From Candidatus Eiseniibacteriota bacterium (GTDB lineage: Bacteria > Eisenbacteria > RBG-16-71-46 > SZUA-252): a stretch of 64,000 bases of DNA. Position 1 is the first letter of the stretch; every line of letters starts with the position of its first letter. This document shows positions 63,323 to 64,000 of the stretch, piece after piece. The notes below the pieces were generated by a model. The model was not told the DNA's origin. It did no database searches and worked only from the letters and a program-made list of their open reading frames with translations. The stretch lies in NCBI GenBank assembly GCA_031370645.1, contig JANMQV010000006.1, forward strand, positions 6,473 through 70,472, written 5' to 3'. A program made the translations under genes and the position numbers.

Positions 63323-63697
63323 CTATTTCCGACGGCCTGCTCGAAGATTCCAGCGGTAGGTTTCGAGAGAAATGCGCCCGTTCGGATCGAACGCGACGCC
63401 CTCGCACTCCAGGCGGAACCGCTGCGGAAGCTCTCCGCCCGCGATTCCCCTCCCGAGGCTAATCCGGCCCTGGGCGTTCACCACCCGATGCCAGGGGATT
63501 CGAATTCCCTCCGGCGTGGCGTGGAGCGCGTATCCCACCAAGCGTGCCTGTCCCGGCATCCGTGCCACACGCGCGATATCGCCGTAGGTCGCGACACGGC
63601 CGCGAGGGATTTTCCGGACGGCCGCGTAGATGAGTCGATAGGTCGTCGAGGGCGCCGGCGCCCGTGGAGCGCGCCGCTTCACCGCCGGCCGCTTCAC
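63323..63697 (-). CDS. Alkyltransferase-like protein (ATL; MGMT DNA-binding domain with Trp replacing the acceptor Cys)
   Basis: 124 aa. YGDIA helix-turn-helix region and IPWHRVVNAQG. The canonical Ogt active site is IPCHRV. PWHRV is the ATL (YbaZ/Atl1) signature. Confidence 0.75.
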   Translation of the reverse strand: MKRPAVKRRAPRAPAPSTTYRLIYAAVRKIPRGRVATYGDIARVARMPGQARLVGYALHATPEGIRIPWHRVVNAQGRISLGRGIAGGELPQRFRLECEGVAFDPNGRISLETYRWNLRAGRRK

Positions 63698-64000
63698 CGG
63701 TACGCGAAGAGCATCGCGTAGATGATTCCGAGCACGACGAGGAAACCGATCGTGACGGCGGTGAAACCGAAGGCCCGTACGGCGCGAATGACGATGGGCG
63801 GATAGGGCTCCACCAGATGCGCTTCCAGCGTCCCACGCCGGACCAGTTCATCGTACTCCGCTGGCTTGTCCTGCTTGAACTCCTCGAGGGGCATGCTGCC
63901 GGTGAAAATGACCAGGTCCATCGGGAATTTCTCCGGCCTTAGGTGCGTGTTGAAGAAGTGAACGGTGAAGATGAAGCCGACCGCGAGCAGCGCCTCGTCG
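63694..64000 (-). CDS. 3' end of a membrane-protein gene (possibly a b-type cytochrome subunit-like protein); 5' part lies beyond the window
   Basis: The open frame continues to the window edge (...AVGFIFTVHFFNTHLRPEKFPMDLVIFTGSMPLEEF...). A C-terminal TM helix follows (AFGFTAVTIGFLVVLGIIYAMLFAY). No confident family assignment. Confidence 0.35.
   Translation of the reverse strand, partial: DEALLAVGFIFTVHFFNTHLRPEKFPMDLVIFTGSMPLEEFKQDKPAEYDELVRRGTLEAHLVEPYPPIVIRAVRAFGFTAVTIGFLVVLGIIYAMLFAYR

Overview
The window is a 64-kb, very GC-rich (about 70% by eye) bacterial chromosomal segment with about 45 protein-coding genes. I found no rRNA, tRNA, CRISPR array, transposase, integrase or phage genes.

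From 1 to 42.3 kb almost every gene is on the minus strand. They form one long chain of tightly packed genes, many with start/stop overlaps of 1 to 18 nt. Read in the direction of transcription (right to left), the chain is:
- dnaE, accA, and a 58-aa Trm112-family ORF that the supplied ORF track missed;
- a type IX secretion (T9SS) module: porU (C25 sortase with its own T9SS C-terminal sorting domain, CTD), porV, and an M6/InhA-type metalloprotease with FG-GAP repeats and a T9SS CTD;
- two diverged tandem paralogous secreted proteins, one of them clearly less GC-rich than its surroundings;
- an NHL beta-propeller protein;
- a ~1090-aa outer-membrane beta-barrel protein translationally coupled to a 3-POTRA TamA-like Omp85;
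- ligA, an LmbE-like deacetylase, a PLP-dependent group II decarboxylase and dinG;
- a complete histidine-utilisation operon (hutH-hutU-hutI plus a bifunctional formiminotransferase-cyclodeaminase in place of hutG);
- a TPR protein, a PHP phosphoesterase, a membrane protein and an outer-membrane protein;
- comEA, pilB and the 5' end of pilT.

The right-hand 22 kb has genes on both strands: pyrE, a class A PBP, an orphan zf-HC2 anti-sigma factor, a methyltransferase, a ferredoxin, nadA, korAB (2-oxoacid:ferredoxin oxidoreductase), a rhomboid, a nucleotidyltransferase with a hexapeptide-repeat beta-helix, a eukaryote-type cN-II 5'-nucleotidase, a class III aminotransferase and an EamA transporter. 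It also contains an unusual 894-aa protein that combines a CarD/TRCF-type RNA-polymerase-interacting motif with a C-terminal GreA/GreB domain. This is followed by Fe/Mn SOD, a lipoprotein and an alkyltransferase-like (ATL) protein with PWHRV in place of PCHRV.

The supplied ORF track contains many long Arg/Gly/Pro-rich shadow ORFs, both antisense and in alternate frames. These are artefacts of high GC content. I have excluded them from the feature list.

I consider the T9SS island with its neighbouring outer-membrane genes, and the CarD-GreA chimera, the most novel items.

All calls rest on reading motifs in the translated sequence and on remembered family signatures. I ran no database searches.
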